DNA of 64,000 nt from contig JABZHR010000003.1 of the NCBI GenBank assembly GCA_015258715.1, positions 48,872 to 112,871 of the forward strand, written 5' to 3'. This document shows positions 18,625-28,911 of this stretch, in pieces. The position numbers and the translations under genes were made by a program. The notes under the pieces are model-generated. The model was not told the DNA's origin, made no database searches, and saw only the letters and a program-made list of their open reading frames with translations. The stretch comes from Atopobium sp. GTDB lineage: Bacteria; Actinomycetota; Coriobacteriia; Coriobacteriales; Atopobiaceae. Every line of letters starts with the position of its first letter. Position 1 is the stretch's first letter.

Positions 18625-21600
18625 CTACGCGTCGTGTTCTTCTCGCCAGTTGGCAATTTGCTCGGAGATATCTTTTGTCGAGACGCGCTGATGGTTCTTG
18701 TTGGGCAATGACTTCAAGAACGAGCTGCCATATCGCTTGGAAACTAGCCTGGAATCAGCAAGCACCAAAACGCCCTTATCCTCAGCGCTCCTGATAAGGC
18801 GGCCAGCAGCCTGTTTGGTTGCAATTACCGCCTCTGGCAGAGAATAGCGCCACCACGCACGGTCTTCTCGCGCCTCACGCTCTTTGACCAGGGGTTCATT
18901 AGGGCTTGCAAACGGAAGCTTAGGGATTACCACGCACCTCAGCGTATCTCCCGCAGCGTCAAAGCCTTCCCAGAACGATTTAAGAGCAAACAGCGAGAGG
19001 TTCTTCTCGGCTAGGAACTTTTCACGAACGCGTCGCGCGGAAGAAGATCGCTCCTGGCAGGCAAGGTTAAGACCATGCTCACTCAAACGAGGCTCTAGCG
19101 CTTCAAAGAGGCGCTCCATATCGCGTCTGTTAGTGAAGAGCGTCAGCACCGAGCCGCCCATCTGAACATGAACGTCGTACAGCAGCTTTTCCAGTGCGTC
19201 CAAGTAACCCGGATCAGTTGGCGCAGGCATATCCTCAGCCACAAAGACGCCCATATGGTTCTCGTAGTCAAAGCTTGACTCTAAGTGCAGGCTCTTGTGC
19301 TCAAAGGAGCCTCTATCCAGGCCAACAGCGTGTTCAAAATGCGAGAAATCATCTCCAACAGCAATAGTTGCTGAGGTAAACACAACAGAGTGCGTCTCCG
19401 GCAGCCACTTCTCTGCCAGCTCTGCTCCAATATCAAGCTTTTCGGCCATAAAGGCCTCAGAGCCAATGTCGCGTTTCAGTCGGGTCAGCTTGGCTGAATA
19501 GACGTAGCTCTTGTCCGTTCCCTCACAGATGAGCTTCAGTGAATCCAGAAGGGTACTCAAGAACACTCCAGCCTCGCTCAAGTTGCTTGCGAGGTTTGGT
19601 GCCGACGCGACAAGTGCATCGGTAGCTTTTCCTATTCGAAGCGCAGCTTCTTCAAGAGCGGAAAGGGCGATGGAAGCGGTCTCTAAGACTTCTTTCCATT
19701 CCTCTGTTTCTCTTACCTCGTCGTTAATCCAAAGTTGAAGGGAGTTATAACCACCATCACTTTTAGCCAACGGAGCCAGCTCATGCACAGTGGCCATAAG
19801 GTTGCCCATTGCTGCCATGGCTCGCTGAACTGCGGCAGCAGAGCGCGTGAGAAGCCCGGTGAGCAGCGTAGAGTCCTCAAGGTTGGCAGCGCCCACCATA
19901 GCGGCGTGAATAGCGCCAGACTTGATGCCTCCAAGCAGCTCAAAGCCATTTCGCATCTCTTTGGCAGAGATTTCTACTGCCCACTGACGGCGAGCTTCAG
20001 CTTCAAAACCATGAGCCTCGTCAATTACCCAATGCCTGATAGGAGGCAGAATTTTACCGTCAGCAGCAACGTTTCTAAGCAACAGAGAGTGGTTGGTCAC
20101 CACAACATCTGAAGATCCTGCACGTTTACGAGCTCCATGAACAAAGCACTCGTGAGGGTAATAGGGGCACTTGGAGCGCAGACACTCTGCGGCCTTGATA
20201 GTTACCATCTCGCGTGGAACTGAACGCCAACGAATACCCAGCGCATCCAAGTCGCCGTCGGCTGACTGGCATGCGTACGCATAAATCACAGCAATTGCAG
20301 TCAGCATATCTGAGGCAACACTGTTGCTCGAGCGACCTTCTTGGTCAATGAGCGTCAGTGGAAGCTCTTCAAGAGCAGCTCTATCAACACGATGCAAGCA
20401 CGGATAATGCTCGTACCCCTTTAAGCTGCAAAAACTCAACCCGTTAGGAAGCGCCTTCGCAAGCGCTGGAAGGTCGTGTGCAACAAGCTGATCGGTCAGC
20501 GCGTTTGTCTTTGTAGCAATACCTACGGTAACGTCGTTTTTCTGCGCAAAGAGCACCTCAGGCAGCAGGTATGCAATTGACTTGCCAATGCCAGTTCCGG
20601 CTTCAAGCTCTCTATGCGAAGAAGTGACCAGCGCGTTTCTTACCTCAACGGACATGCTTACTTGTTCGCTGCGCGTCTCAAATTTGTCATACATCTGTGA
20701 AACAACGCCTGGCTTGGCAAATGCCCGATGAATCTCGTCTTTAGAAATCGGCAGCATGGCAGGCGTCTCTGGGTCATCCGCATCCCTTCTCGCCTTTGCT
20801 TTTATGTCGGCAACAAGCTGACAGCGAATGTCCTTGAGCGAGAAGAACGTGCCCGAAATCTCCGCGTCTGCAAGTTCAGACCCTGTTGCATCTTTCTTTG
20901 CGACACCGCGCTGAACAGCCTCTTCTTCTTTCATCTTTGACAAATACGAGAAGATCGGCCTAAATGTCCACTCCACTCCATCGTGCATTGACGCCAATTT
21001 GGCGAGAAGCCCGCGGGGCAGATTCATAAGTCCCAAAAGCAAGATGCGCCACATGCCGCAAAGGGCATCTACGTCGTCGCTTGCGCGGTGAGTGACCTTC
21101 ATGGTGCCAAACGCTTCAGCCATGCTAGAAAGCTTGTGCGAAGAAAGTCGAGGTAGAGCTATGCGTGAAAGCGACAGCGTGTCAATCCAGGTATCAGAGA
21201 CCGAAGTTCCACCGGGCACCCGTTCAATAAACGTACGGTCAAAGGTAGCGTTATGTGCCAGAACTGGAAGTCCGCCAACAAATTCTGCAAGTGCAGCAAC
21301 GGCTTCCTTTGCGCTTGGCGCACCTTTAACGTCTTCGTCAGTAATTGAGGTCAGAGCTGTAATTTCTTCGGGAATTGAACACCCTGGATCAACAAACGTT
21401 TGGAAGCGCTCCACAATCTCTCTGCCGCTCAATTTAGCAGCAGAAATCTCAATAAGAGAGCACTTCTTAAAGGACAGACCTGTTGTCTCGGTATCCAAAA
21501 CAACAATGTCGTCCTCTAAGACGTCAAACGACTCATGCTCCGCCCTCTCTGCAAGCTCCAAATATTTTTTGCGAACTGCAGAGGGGGTACCGGGAAGAAT

Positions 21601-21642
21601 GAGTTCTTCTAGTTTTTGCGTAGCGCTTTTAGTGCTGGTCAT
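18625..21642 (-). CDS. dinG: DinG-family ATP-dependent helicase with an N-terminal DEDDh 3'-5' exonuclease domain
   Basis: The exonuclease motifs are VLDTETTGL and a later H...D. The helicase motifs are LEAGTGIGKS (Walker A) and VIDEAH. Cys-rich segments (CPYYPHEC) are consistent with a 4Fe-4S cluster. Confidence 0.8.
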   Translation of the reverse strand: MTSTKSATQKLEELILPGTPSAVRKKYLELAERAEHESFDVLEDDIVVLDTETTGLSFKKCSLIEISAAKLSGREIVERFQTFVDPGCSIPEEITALTSITDEDVKGAPSAKEAVAALAEFVGGLPVLAHNATFDRTFIERVPGGTSVSDTWIDTLSLSRIALPRLSSHKLSSMAEAFGTMKVTHRASDDVDALCGMWRILLLGLMNLPRGLLAKLASMHDGVEWTFRPIFSYLSKMKEEEAVQRGVAKKDATGSELADAEISGTFFSLKDIRCQLVADIKAKARRDADDPETPAMLPISKDEIHRAFAKPGVVSQMYDKFETRSEQVSMSVEVRNALVTSSHRELEAGTGIGKSIAYLLPEVLFAQKNDVTVGIATKTNALTDQLVAHDLPALAKALPNGLSFCSLKGYEHYPCLHRVDRAALEELPLTLIDQEGRSSNSVASDMLTAIAVIYAYACQSADGDLDALGIRWRSVPREMVTIKAAECLRSKCPYYPHECFVHGARKRAGSSDVVVTNHSLLLRNVAADGKILPPIRHWVIDEAHGFEAEARRQWAVEISAKEMRNGFELLGGIKSGAIHAAMVGAANLEDSTLLTGLLTRSAAAVQRAMAAMGNLMATVHELAPLAKSDGGYNSLQLWINDEVRETEEWKEVLETASIALSALEEAALRIGKATDALVASAPNLASNLSEAGVFLSTLLDSLKLICEGTDKSYVYSAKLTRLKRDIGSEAFMAEKLDIGAELAEKWLPETHSVVFTSATIAVGDDFSHFEHAVGLDRGSFEHKSLHLESSFDYENHMGVFVAEDMPAPTDPGYLDALEKLLYDVHVQMGGSVLTLFTNRRDMERLFEALEPRLSEHGLNLACQERSSSARRVREKFLAEKNLSLFALKSFWEGFDAAGDTLRCVVIPKLPFASPNEPLVKEREAREDRAWWRYSLPEAVIATKQAAGRLIRSAEDKGVLVLADSRLVSKRYGSSFLKSLPNKNHQRVSTKDISEQIANWREEHDA

Positions 21643-21653
21643 AACCTACAAAT

Positions 21654-22613
21654 CTACTGACGATCCTCAAGCGCAAACTCAATAAAGCGAGTGCAGAGTT
21701 CAGGGAAATCAATGCCACCGGTACGAGCAGAATCTGGCAGCAAAGAACGTGCGGTCATACCAGGAATGGTATTTGTCTCAAGCACCACTGGAACGCCGTC
21801 TTCCGTAACAATAAAGTCACTACGAGAAACGCCGCGGCAACCAAGCGCATTGTGAGCCTTAATTGCCAGCTCCTGAGCACGTGCGTACACTGCAGGCTCA
21901 AGGCGAGCAGGAATTACATGGTGCAGGGATGCGGGCTCGTATTTTGTCTTAATGCTGTAGAACTCATCGCCGGTAACAATCTCAACGATTGGTAGAGCGG
22001 TTGGGTTCTCATTACCAATAACAGGAACGGTAATCTCTGTTCCCGCTATGCTCTCTTCAATCAGAATGCGCTCGCCCTGTTCACCCGCGAGTTCCAGTGC
22101 AGCAGGAAGCTCTTCTCGCGAAGTGACGCGTGTGACGCCATAGCTGGAGCCGTTGCCAGAAGGCTTTACAAACATAGGGAGGCCGAGGTCCTCGATAAGC
22201 TTGTCTACCTGCTCATCTGTAAAGACGGTACCTGCAGGAACGTCAATTCCCTTAGGCGTTGGAACTCCCGCCTGCCTATACATAAGCTTTGACAGCTCTT
22301 TTTCAGTTCCCATAGCAGACGCAAGAACGCCAGAAAACGTGTAAGGAATGTGCAGAATCTCGAGAAGACCCTGGATGCAGCCATCCTCGCCAAAACGACC
22401 GTGCATAGCAACGTATACGACATCATAACCACCCTGAGCAAGGGTAACTACAAAGTCTTTTTCTGCAACATCAAGCAGGTCAACGCTGGTAAAGCCAGCC
22501 TCTTTGAGTGCTGCTGCACACTGCTTGCCAGACTCCATGGCAATCTCGTGCTCGTCTGACCAACCGCCTGAAACAACTGCTACATGAAGCTTTTTGAGCT
22601 CTTCACGTGTCAT
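21654..22613 (-). CDS. ddl: D-alanine--D-alanine ligase. The ORF extends to 22718, but the ATG at 22613 has a GAAGGAG ribosome-binding site.
   Basis: The Ddl-type motifs HGRFGEDGCIQGLLE...ENPTALPIVEIV and an ATP-grasp fold pattern are present. Confidence 0.9.
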   Translation of the reverse strand: MTREELKKLHVAVVSGGWSDEHEIAMESGKQCAAALKEAGFTSVDLLDVAEKDFVVTLAQGGYDVVYVAMHGRFGEDGCIQGLLEILHIPYTFSGVLASAMGTEKELSKLMYRQAGVPTPKGIDVPAGTVFTDEQVDKLIEDLGLPMFVKPSGNGSSYGVTRVTSREELPAALELAGEQGERILIEESIAGTEITVPVIGNENPTALPIVEIVTGDEFYSIKTKYEPASLHHVIPARLEPAVYARAQELAIKAHNALGCRGVSRSDFIVTEDGVPVVLETNTIPGMTARSLLPDSARTGGIDFPELCTRFIEFALEDRQ

Positions 22614-22712
22614 TTCCGCTCCTTCAGATAAGTCTCCCATAGGGTAAACTCTAGTAAACGTATTTCTTCTAAGATACCGCAGATGGCTTAGAAGAGTTGG
22701 AGAAGGACAAAA

Positions 22713-23831
22713 ATGCAATCAAATAATACTCTTGACGGCACAAACACCACGGTTGACGGTGCAACCACTTCAGCACCTGATTCTCGTCCACAGAAAGCTG
22801 CCGCTAAATCTGACCTCAGAAGCCTTTCATCAGAGCAAATTCTTGAGCTTGTTACCTCACTTGGTCAGCCAAAATTCCGCGCTAAACAGATTGAGGAGTG
22901 GATCTGGTCTAAAGGTGCTACCTCTTTTGATCAGATGAGCAATCTTCCAAAAACACTGCGAGAAGAACTGTCTCAGCAGGTAACTCTTGCTGGTGCTGAG
23001 CAGATTGTTCGTCAGGTTTCCGAAGACGGAAGCCGCAAATACCTGCTTCGCTACCCTGATGGCACATCTGTTGAGTGCGTTGGTATGCCAAACGGTAACA
23101 AGCTCTCGGTCTGCGCTTCAACGCAGGCGGGCTGTGCCATGGGCTGCGCTTTCTGCGCTACGGGCGCCGCTGGCCTCACTCGCTCCCTTTCTGCAAGCGA
23201 AATCTACGAGCAGGTTATGCATGTCCGTGACGACTTTGACGCGCGTGTAACCAGTGTTGTTCTTATGGGCCAGGGCGAGCCTTTTATGAACTACGACGCC
23301 ACTCTTGCAGCCATGAGACGCCTTAACTCCCCCGATGGAGCTGGCATTGGTGCTCGCCATATTACGGTATCTACCTGCGGTGTTATTCCAATGATTAAGC
23401 GTTTTGCCTCTGAGCCAGAGCAATTCACGCTTGCCGTTTCGCTTCACTCCGCAGTTCAAAAGACACGCGATTCTCTTATGCCGGGAGTTCGTAAGTACTC
23501 GCTTATTCACCTGTACGACATTATGGGAGAGTATGTCGATAAGACCGGTCGACGTCCAACGTATGAATATGCACTGATTAAGGGTGTTAACGATTCCGAC
23601 AATGAGCTTGGTGCCCTTAGAGACTTCTGTCGAGGAACACTCTGCCACGTCAACATCATCCAACTTAACGAGATTGAGGGCTCAAAATTCCATCCCACCT
23701 CCCCCGCTCGTGCTCAGGAGTTTGTAAATAGCCTTAACTCTGTTGGTGTTGAAGCAACTATTCGTCTTTCTCGCGGATCTGATATCGATGCAGCTTGCGG
23801 CCAGCTTTTCCAGAAAAGAAATGCACGTTAA
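22713..23831 (+). CDS. rlmN: 23S rRNA (adenine2503-C2)-methyltransferase, radical SAM
   Basis: The ORF contains CASTQAGCAMGCAFCATG (CxxxCxxC) and the overall RlmN pattern. Confidence 0.85.
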   Translation: MQSNNTLDGTNTTVDGATTSAPDSRPQKAAAKSDLRSLSSEQILELVTSLGQPKFRAKQIEEWIWSKGATSFDQMSNLPKTLREELSQQVTLAGAEQIVRQVSEDGSRKYLLRYPDGTSVECVGMPNGNKLSVCASTQAGCAMGCAFCATGAAGLTRSLSASEIYEQVMHVRDDFDARVTSVVLMGQGEPFMNYDATLAAMRRLNSPDGAGIGARHITVSTCGVIPMIKRFASEPEQFTLAVSLHSAVQKTRDSLMPGVRKYSLIHLYDIMGEYVDKTGRRPTYEYALIKGVNDSDNELGALRDFCRGTLCHVNIIQLNEIEGSKFHPTSPARAQEFVNSLNSVGVEATIRLSRGSDIDAACGQLFQKRNAR

Positions 23832-23885
23832 GCAGTGCGTATATAAACAGCGCTTATATAAGAACTATTCATGCTTTTAATGCAA

Positions 23886-23915
23886 AGAAGGGGTCCTCAA
23901 GGGCCCCTTCTTTTA
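23886..23915. terminator. Terminator hairpin after rlmN, probably bidirectional
   Basis: The gaaggggtcc tcaa gggccccttc hairpin is followed by TTTT. Confidence 0.5.
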
Positions 23916-23938
23916 AGTTAATATATAGAACGTATGTT

Positions 23939-24178
23939 CTATTGAATCGCATTTAACCAGTCTCTTTCCACCCTAGCTTGGTGAGAAAGAATGTTTTTCG
24001 CACTTTTCCTATTACCGCTACCTGAATAGTCATCAAGAATTGCATCAAGTGCTCTTCTCGATCTTCTCATTGCATGAAGAAAACTTCTCTGTGCTTCTTT
24101 AGTCAACAGCACATGTTTAGCGAGAAAAGCTATTCCTAGTAATGAGACACTGGATATAATTGCAAACTTTATCTTCAT
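23939..24178 (-). CDS. Small hypothetical membrane or secreted protein (79 aa), translationally coupled to parB
   Basis: The N-terminal hydrophobic helix is MKIKFAIISSVSLLGIAFLA. Its start overlaps the parB stop (ATGA). It is AT-rich relative to its neighbours. Confidence 0.3.
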   Translation of the reverse strand: MKIKFAIISSVSLLGIAFLAKHVLLTKEAQRSFLHAMRRSRRALDAILDDYSGSGNRKSAKNILSHQARVERDWLNAIQ

Positions 24179-25038
24179 TATGCTTCTTTAACGTTTGAGA
24201 GTTTTTCCACTAGAGCGGCAAGCTCATCCTCGTCATTGAATTCGATTTCAATCTTATTCTTGCCGCGGACGTTTCGTACTTTTACTGGAGTATCCAAAGC
24301 AATTCTTAGCTGCCTTGCTGCGCGCTTATATGCCTGTGGAGTTGGCTGCCTTTTTGGTTTCTCAACATTTGTGACAGAAAATAGTGGAGCAAGATTTTCT
24401 GTCTGACGGACCGACAAGTTCTCTTCAACTACTTTCTGAGCGAGCTTAATCCTTCCTTCTTTTCCGCTTACAGAAAGAATTGCACGAGCATGTCCAGCGC
24501 TAATACGTCCCTCCGCCATTAAAGTTTGAACTTCTGTTGGAAGGTCCAGTAGACGAAGAGTATTTGTAATTGCAGACCTAGACTTGGACAAAACCTTGGC
24601 TAAATCATCCTGGGTTAAGTTTTCTTGTTTAATTAACTGCTTATAACCTTGAGCCTCCTCAATTGGGCTTAAGTCAGATCTCTGTAGATTCTCAATTAGA
24701 GCTAATTTAAACACTTCCTCATCGGAAATTGCCTTAATTACTACAGGAACTTCCTCTAATTGTGCAAGTTTTGCAGCCTGGAAGCGTCTCTCGCCGGCAA
24801 CAATCTCATAGTGATCGCCCTTCTCGCGAACAAGAAGTGGCTGGAGAATTCCGTTTTGCTTAATAGAATCACTGAGTTCAGCAAGTTCAGCTTCATCAAA
24901 ACGCTTACGAGGCTGATCTTTATTTGGCATAATCTTCTTTAGTGGAAGTGTAGTAGCTTCTTTTTTATTACCGACCTCTGCGTCTACCTCACTGAAGAGA
25001 GAATTGAGACCCTTACCAAGTCCTGATTTTTTAACCAC
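24178..25038 (-). CDS. parB: Chromosome partitioning protein ParB
   Basis: The GERRFQAAKLA motif and an HTH are present. Confidence 0.9.
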   Translation of the reverse strand: MVKKSGLGKGLNSLFSEVDAEVGNKKEATTLPLKKIMPNKDQPRKRFDEAELAELSDSIKQNGILQPLLVREKGDHYEIVAGERRFQAAKLAQLEEVPVVIKAISDEEVFKLALIENLQRSDLSPIEEAQGYKQLIKQENLTQDDLAKVLSKSRSAITNTLRLLDLPTEVQTLMAEGRISAGHARAILSVSGKEGRIKLAQKVVEENLSVRQTENLAPLFSVTNVEKPKRQPTPQAYKRAARQLRIALDTPVKVRNVRGKNKIEIEFNDEDELAALVEKLSNVKEA

Positions 25039-25831
25039 GACGATTCACTTCCTTTGCAAGTTTGTTGTATGCAAGTGCGCCCATACTTATTCGGGCATAC
25101 ATGGTTACTGGCAAACCATGACTTGGTGCTTCTGCGATTTTGACATTTCTTGGAATAAGTGTCTTAAATACTTTGTTACCAAAGTAATTTGAAACCTCAG
25201 TTACAACCTGCTTAGATAGGGAAGTTCTGCTATCAAACATGGTCATTACTACACCAAAGATATCAAGATCCGGATTGAGCTGCTTTTGAACCATCTTCAT
25301 TGATTCAACAATCTTAGTTACGCCCTCTAGTGCATAATATTCGCACTGAATTGGGATAAGAATGCTATTTGCTGCAACTAAGGCATTAATTGTTAAAAGG
25401 CCTAGTGATGGTGGGCAGTCAATCAAAATGTAGTCAAAATAGTCTTTAACCTGGTCAATTGCCTGCTTTAATATGTTTTCTCTTGATTCCACGGAGACCA
25501 GTTCAATTTCTGCACCAGCAAGTTGAATGGTAGCGGGAGCAATAGTCACGTACTTTTGAACTGTTTGTTGTAATACGTCTTCAAGTGGCGTTTCGTTGAG
25601 GATTACATCATAGATATCAGCTTCTAGTTCCTCTTTATCAATTCCAAATCCACTTGTTGCATTACCTTGTGGGTCAAAATCGATAATGAGAACCTTCTTT
25701 TTTGTTTCTCCTAGCGCTGCTGCAAGATTAATTACGGTAGTTGATTTTCCTACTCCGCCTTTTTGATTAATTACAGCAAGTACTTTAGGATCTCTATCTT
25801 GAAATCCCCTCGAAAGGTCTTTGTAGCTCAT
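25031..25831 (-). CDS. parA: Chromosome partitioning ATPase ParA/Soj
   Basis: The deviant Walker A motif KGGVGKST is present. Confidence 0.9.
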   Translation of the reverse strand: MSYKDLSRGFQDRDPKVLAVINQKGGVGKSTTVINLAAALGETKKKVLIIDFDPQGNATSGFGIDKEELEADIYDVILNETPLEDVLQQTVQKYVTIAPATIQLAGAEIELVSVESRENILKQAIDQVKDYFDYILIDCPPSLGLLTINALVAANSILIPIQCEYYALEGVTKIVESMKMVQKQLNPDLDIFGVVMTMFDSRTSLSKQVVTEVSNYFGNKVFKTLIPRNVKIAEAPSHGLPVTMYARISMGALAYNKLAKEVNRRG

Positions 25832-25894
25832 TTATCCTCCGTTTGACCAAGTTTATTTAATAATACAGAATGTTTCACGTGAAACATTCCACAA

Positions 25895-26653
25895 TTAGTC
25901 TCTTCTTGCAACAAACGGATTTGATTTTGCCATTCCAGTTTTTCTTGGTAGTTTAATTTTGCTTTTTCCAACTTTTATATAAAGAAGAATTTCACGATGG
26001 CCAAGATCGTTTGGTAATTCAAATGTCTCACGTGAAACATTTTCGTACCCAAAAATTTTGGCTGCCTGAGAGGCGTCCTGAAGCTCTATCTCATCGACAT
26101 TGGCCTTCATTACTATGAGAGTACCTTGTGGGGCTAAGAAAGGCTCTGCGTACTCCAAAAGAATATTTGTCTTTGCAACGGCTCTGAAAGTAACAAAATC
26201 AAACTTCTGTTTATAGTCGTTTGGAATTTCTTCAGCACGAAGCTTTTCAGCTCTTACTCTCTCACCAAGACCAATCTCATCAATCATTGACTGTACGGCA
26301 TTGATCTTTTTTCCAATAGAATCAACCAGCAATGTTTTGTTATCGCTCATGATTGCAAGAGGCAGTCCAGGGAAGCCTCCACCGGTACCAATATCAATAT
26401 AGTTTTGAGCTCCAGATATAAACTCATTACATACTTTGAGTGGTAATAGAGAATCAAGTATATGAAGAACCAGAGCGTCATCAATTGAAGTGATTCTTGT
26501 GAGATTAAGGTTTTTATTAATCTCGATGAGCAATTCAATGTGCTTGAGGAGTTGTCTTCTTTGGGTTTCAGTTGAATCGATTCCATAGGTAAGGAGAAGT
26601 TCCTTAAGTACATTCTCTTTTGAATCGAATAACGACTTCTCTGATTCAGACAT
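25895..26653 (-). CDS. rsmG: 16S rRNA (guanine527-N7)-methyltransferase. The ORF extends to 26698, but the ATG at 26653 has an AGGAG ribosome-binding site.
   Basis: The SAM-binding motif IDIGTGGGFPGLPLAI and the GidB pattern are present. Confidence 0.85.
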   Translation of the reverse strand: MSESEKSLFDSKENVLKELLLTYGIDSTETQRRQLLKHIELLIEINKNLNLTRITSIDDALVLHILDSLLPLKVCNEFISGAQNYIDIGTGGGFPGLPLAIMSDNKTLLVDSIGKKINAVQSMIDEIGLGERVRAEKLRAEEIPNDYKQKFDFVTFRAVAKTNILLEYAEPFLAPQGTLIVMKANVDEIELQDASQAAKIFGYENVSRETFELPNDLGHREILLYIKVGKSKIKLPRKTGMAKSNPFVARRD

Positions 26654-26756
26654 TGCTTCTCCTGTGACAAAACTTCTTGTTACAAGAAGAATTGTCACAA
26701 AAAAAGAGGAAGGCGTAAACCTTCCTCATCAAATTAGTAAAGCTTGTTAAGAAATC

Positions 26757-27341
26757 TTAGCTGTTAATAGCTGTAACAACAACGCGACGATATGGATCAT
26801 CGCCCTCAGAGTGTGTTGTAACTTCAAGATTATCTCGAAGTGCAATGTGGATAATACGACGCTCATAGCCACTCATTGGAGCAAGAGAGACCTTACCAGT
26901 CTTCTTAGCACGAGCAGCAGCAGAGAGTGCCATCTCCTGAAGCTTATTACGGCGGCGGCTCTTGTAGCTTTCTACATCAACAGATACTGGATAGTGAAAG
27001 TGAAGCTTAGCGCTCATCAAAGAAGAAAGAACCATCTGAAGAGCCTCAAGCGTATTACCGTGACGACCAATAAGAATTGCAAGATCTCCACCGGTTACAT
27101 CAAGAATGAGCTCGCCGTCTTCGCCATCGTACTCATCAATTGCACAGCTATTCTCGCCAAAGAACGAGAGAAGCTCTCTTAGATAGAAGACAGCTGTATC
27201 AGCAATCTTATTCATCTCAGCATCAGTAAGCTGAATTCCAGCTTCAAAGTGCTCTCGAATTGAAGCAAACTCGTCTTGTGAATCAACGACAGGAGACTCA
27301 TTAAGAGCGTTTGGCTCAGAAACGAAAGTCTCATCCTCCAT
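26757..27341 (-). CDS. jag: Jag/KhpB-type RNA-binding protein with KH and R3H domains
   Basis: The C-terminal R3H segment is ERRIIHIALRDNLEVTTHSEGDDPYRRVVV. Its position downstream of yidC matches the conserved arrangement. Confidence 0.8.
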   Translation of the reverse strand: MEDETFVSEPNALNESPVVDSQDEFASIREHFEAGIQLTDAEMNKIADTAVFYLRELLSFFGENSCAIDEYDGEDGELILDVTGGDLAILIGRHGNTLEALQMVLSSLMSAKLHFHYPVSVDVESYKSRRRNKLQEMALSAAARAKKTGKVSLAPMSGYERRIIHIALRDNLEVTTHSEGDDPYRRVVVTAINS

Positions 27342-27429
27342 GTCGTCCTCCAGTCAATATAAAAAGTTTAACTAGTAATCTACTGTAACAAATTCTATAA
27401 ACAAAAGTTATTTTGTTTAACCCCAGCTC

Positions 27430-28188
27430 TTAGGCCTTTTTGTGAGGGCGTGGCTTCTTTTCTTTTCTCACCACGTCTACTTCGATTGGCTTATTAGCCA
27501 TCTGAGCCTGTGCCTTGAGCTTCTCTTTTTCCATAATGCGCTTGGTAATAAGCTGCTGCTGAGCAAGCTGCCAAATACCAGAAGTTACGTAGTAGAGAAG
27601 AACAGCTGCTGGCACAGTCCAACCAAACCAGAGCATCATGAGGGTCATCATGCCACCCATCATGTACTGCTGGGTACGCTGCTCACCGGAGCTTGTACGA
27701 GCGTTTACTGCCATGGAAAGGAAAGTAGTAAGGCCAAACAGAAGAACAAAAATCATGTAAGGGATAGCGGTAACAAAGCCATCAACAGCAAAAATGTCGG
27801 ATGTTGCACGCGCAATAGAAGGAAGAATGTTGTAGAAGCGGGAGTCTACTGGAACCATCTTTGCAACGGTAAAGAGTGCAATAAAGATAGGGGACTGTAA
27901 AAGCAGTGGTAGACAACCACCAAGAGGATTGAAGTTAATTTCTGCGTAAAGTTTACGCATCTCTTCATTCTGCCTTACAGGATCATCGGCATAGCGCTCC
28001 TGGATTTCCTTGAGCTTTGGCTGAACAACACTCATGCGAGCCATAGAGGCTGTCTGCTTGTTGGTCATTGGAACCAGGATAATACGGATGATGATGGTAA
28101 GCAGGATAACTGCCATACCCCAGTCTCCCGAGAATGATTGAAGTCCCGCTAAGACTGTGTATAGAAAGTTAACAATCCAATCCCACAT
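27430..28188 (-). CDS. yidC: YidC/Oxa1-family membrane protein insertase (short form)
   Basis: The ORF is a 252-aa polytopic membrane protein with the YidC pattern, located in the conserved rnpA-yidD-yidC-jag cluster. Confidence 0.85.
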   Translation of the reverse strand: MWDWIVNFLYTVLAGLQSFSGDWGMAVILLTIIIRIILVPMTNKQTASMARMSVVQPKLKEIQERYADDPVRQNEEMRKLYAEINFNPLGGCLPLLLQSPIFIALFTVAKMVPVDSRFYNILPSIARATSDIFAVDGFVTAIPYMIFVLLFGLTTFLSMAVNARTSSGEQRTQQYMMGGMMTLMMLWFGWTVPAAVLLYYVTSGIWQLAQQQLITKRIMEKEKLKAQAQMANKPIEVDVVRKEKKPRPHKKA

Positions 28189-28208
28189 ATTTCCTCCGGT
28201 GCGTTCCT

Positions 28209-28445
28209 TTACGGAACGGGATCGTATCCTCCCTTATGAAAAGGGTGGCAGCGAGCAATACGCTTAAGAGCAAGCCAACTTCCCTTTTTAACACCGTACT
28301 TTTGTATAGCTTGAACTGCATATTCAGAACAAGTAGGCCTGTAGATACAGTGCGGCTTAAAAAGGGGAGAGATGTTTCTTTGATAGAAACGAATAGCACC
28401 TAGGAACAAGTTTGCGAGAAAAGAGCCTTGTCTTTTCTCGCTCAT
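28209..28445 (-). CDS. yidD: Membrane protein insertion efficiency factor YidD
   Basis: The 78-aa ORF contains ...YQRNISPL...CRF.PTCSEYA... Confidence 0.8.
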   Translation of the reverse strand: MSEKRQGSFLANLFLGAIRFYQRNISPLFKPHCIYRPTCSEYAVQAIQKYGVKKGSWLALKRIARCHPFHKGGYDPVP

Positions 28446-28765
28446 TTGACCCCTGTCTTTCTTAACAGAGCATCCAAAGAAGCGCTTATATCAGCAGGAT
28501 TAGTGCTGTGTGTATCTTTAGTCGCAAAGAGAATAATGCCGTATCCCTCAACAGGTAAACCGCTCTTTCGAGCTGCTTCGCGTAAAACGCGTTTACACCT
28601 GTTTCTAAATACGGCGTTACCTAGTCTTTTTGGAGCTACAAAGGCTACCTCGGAAGGATGTGCCTCAGTGGATGGTGCTACTCGTATACGAAGAACAGAA
28701 CTTTGAGCCCTCTTCCCCGCAGAGAAGACCCTTTCAAACTCTGAACGAGATTTAATGGTCTTCAC
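28442..28765 (-). CDS. rnpA: Ribonuclease P protein component
   Basis: The ORF is a basic 107-aa protein immediately downstream of rpmH. Its true start may be a non-ATG codon upstream of the annotated Met. Confidence 0.7.
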   Translation of the reverse strand: MKTIKSRSEFERVFSAGKRAQSSVLRIRVAPSTEAHPSEVAFVAPKRLGNAVFRNRCKRVLREAARKSGLPVEGYGIILFATKDTHSTNPADISASLDALLRKTGVK

Positions 28766-28776
28766 AGAAACATTCC

Positions 28777-28911
28777 TTAGACAGTGAGGCGCTTACGGCC
28801 CTTAAGGCGACGACGAGCGAGAACGGCACGACCATTCTTAGTTGCCATACGTGCACGGAAACCGTGGGTAGTTGCGCGCTTGCGCTTATTTGGCTGGTAG
28901 GTACGCTTCAT
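28777..28911 (-). CDS. rpmH: 50S ribosomal protein L34. It falls below the ORF-track size cutoff.
   Basis: The reverse-strand translation is [44 protein letters not shown] (44 aa). Confidence 0.9.
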   Translation of the reverse strand: MKRTYQPNKRKRATTHGFRARMATKNGRAVLARRRLKGRKRLTV

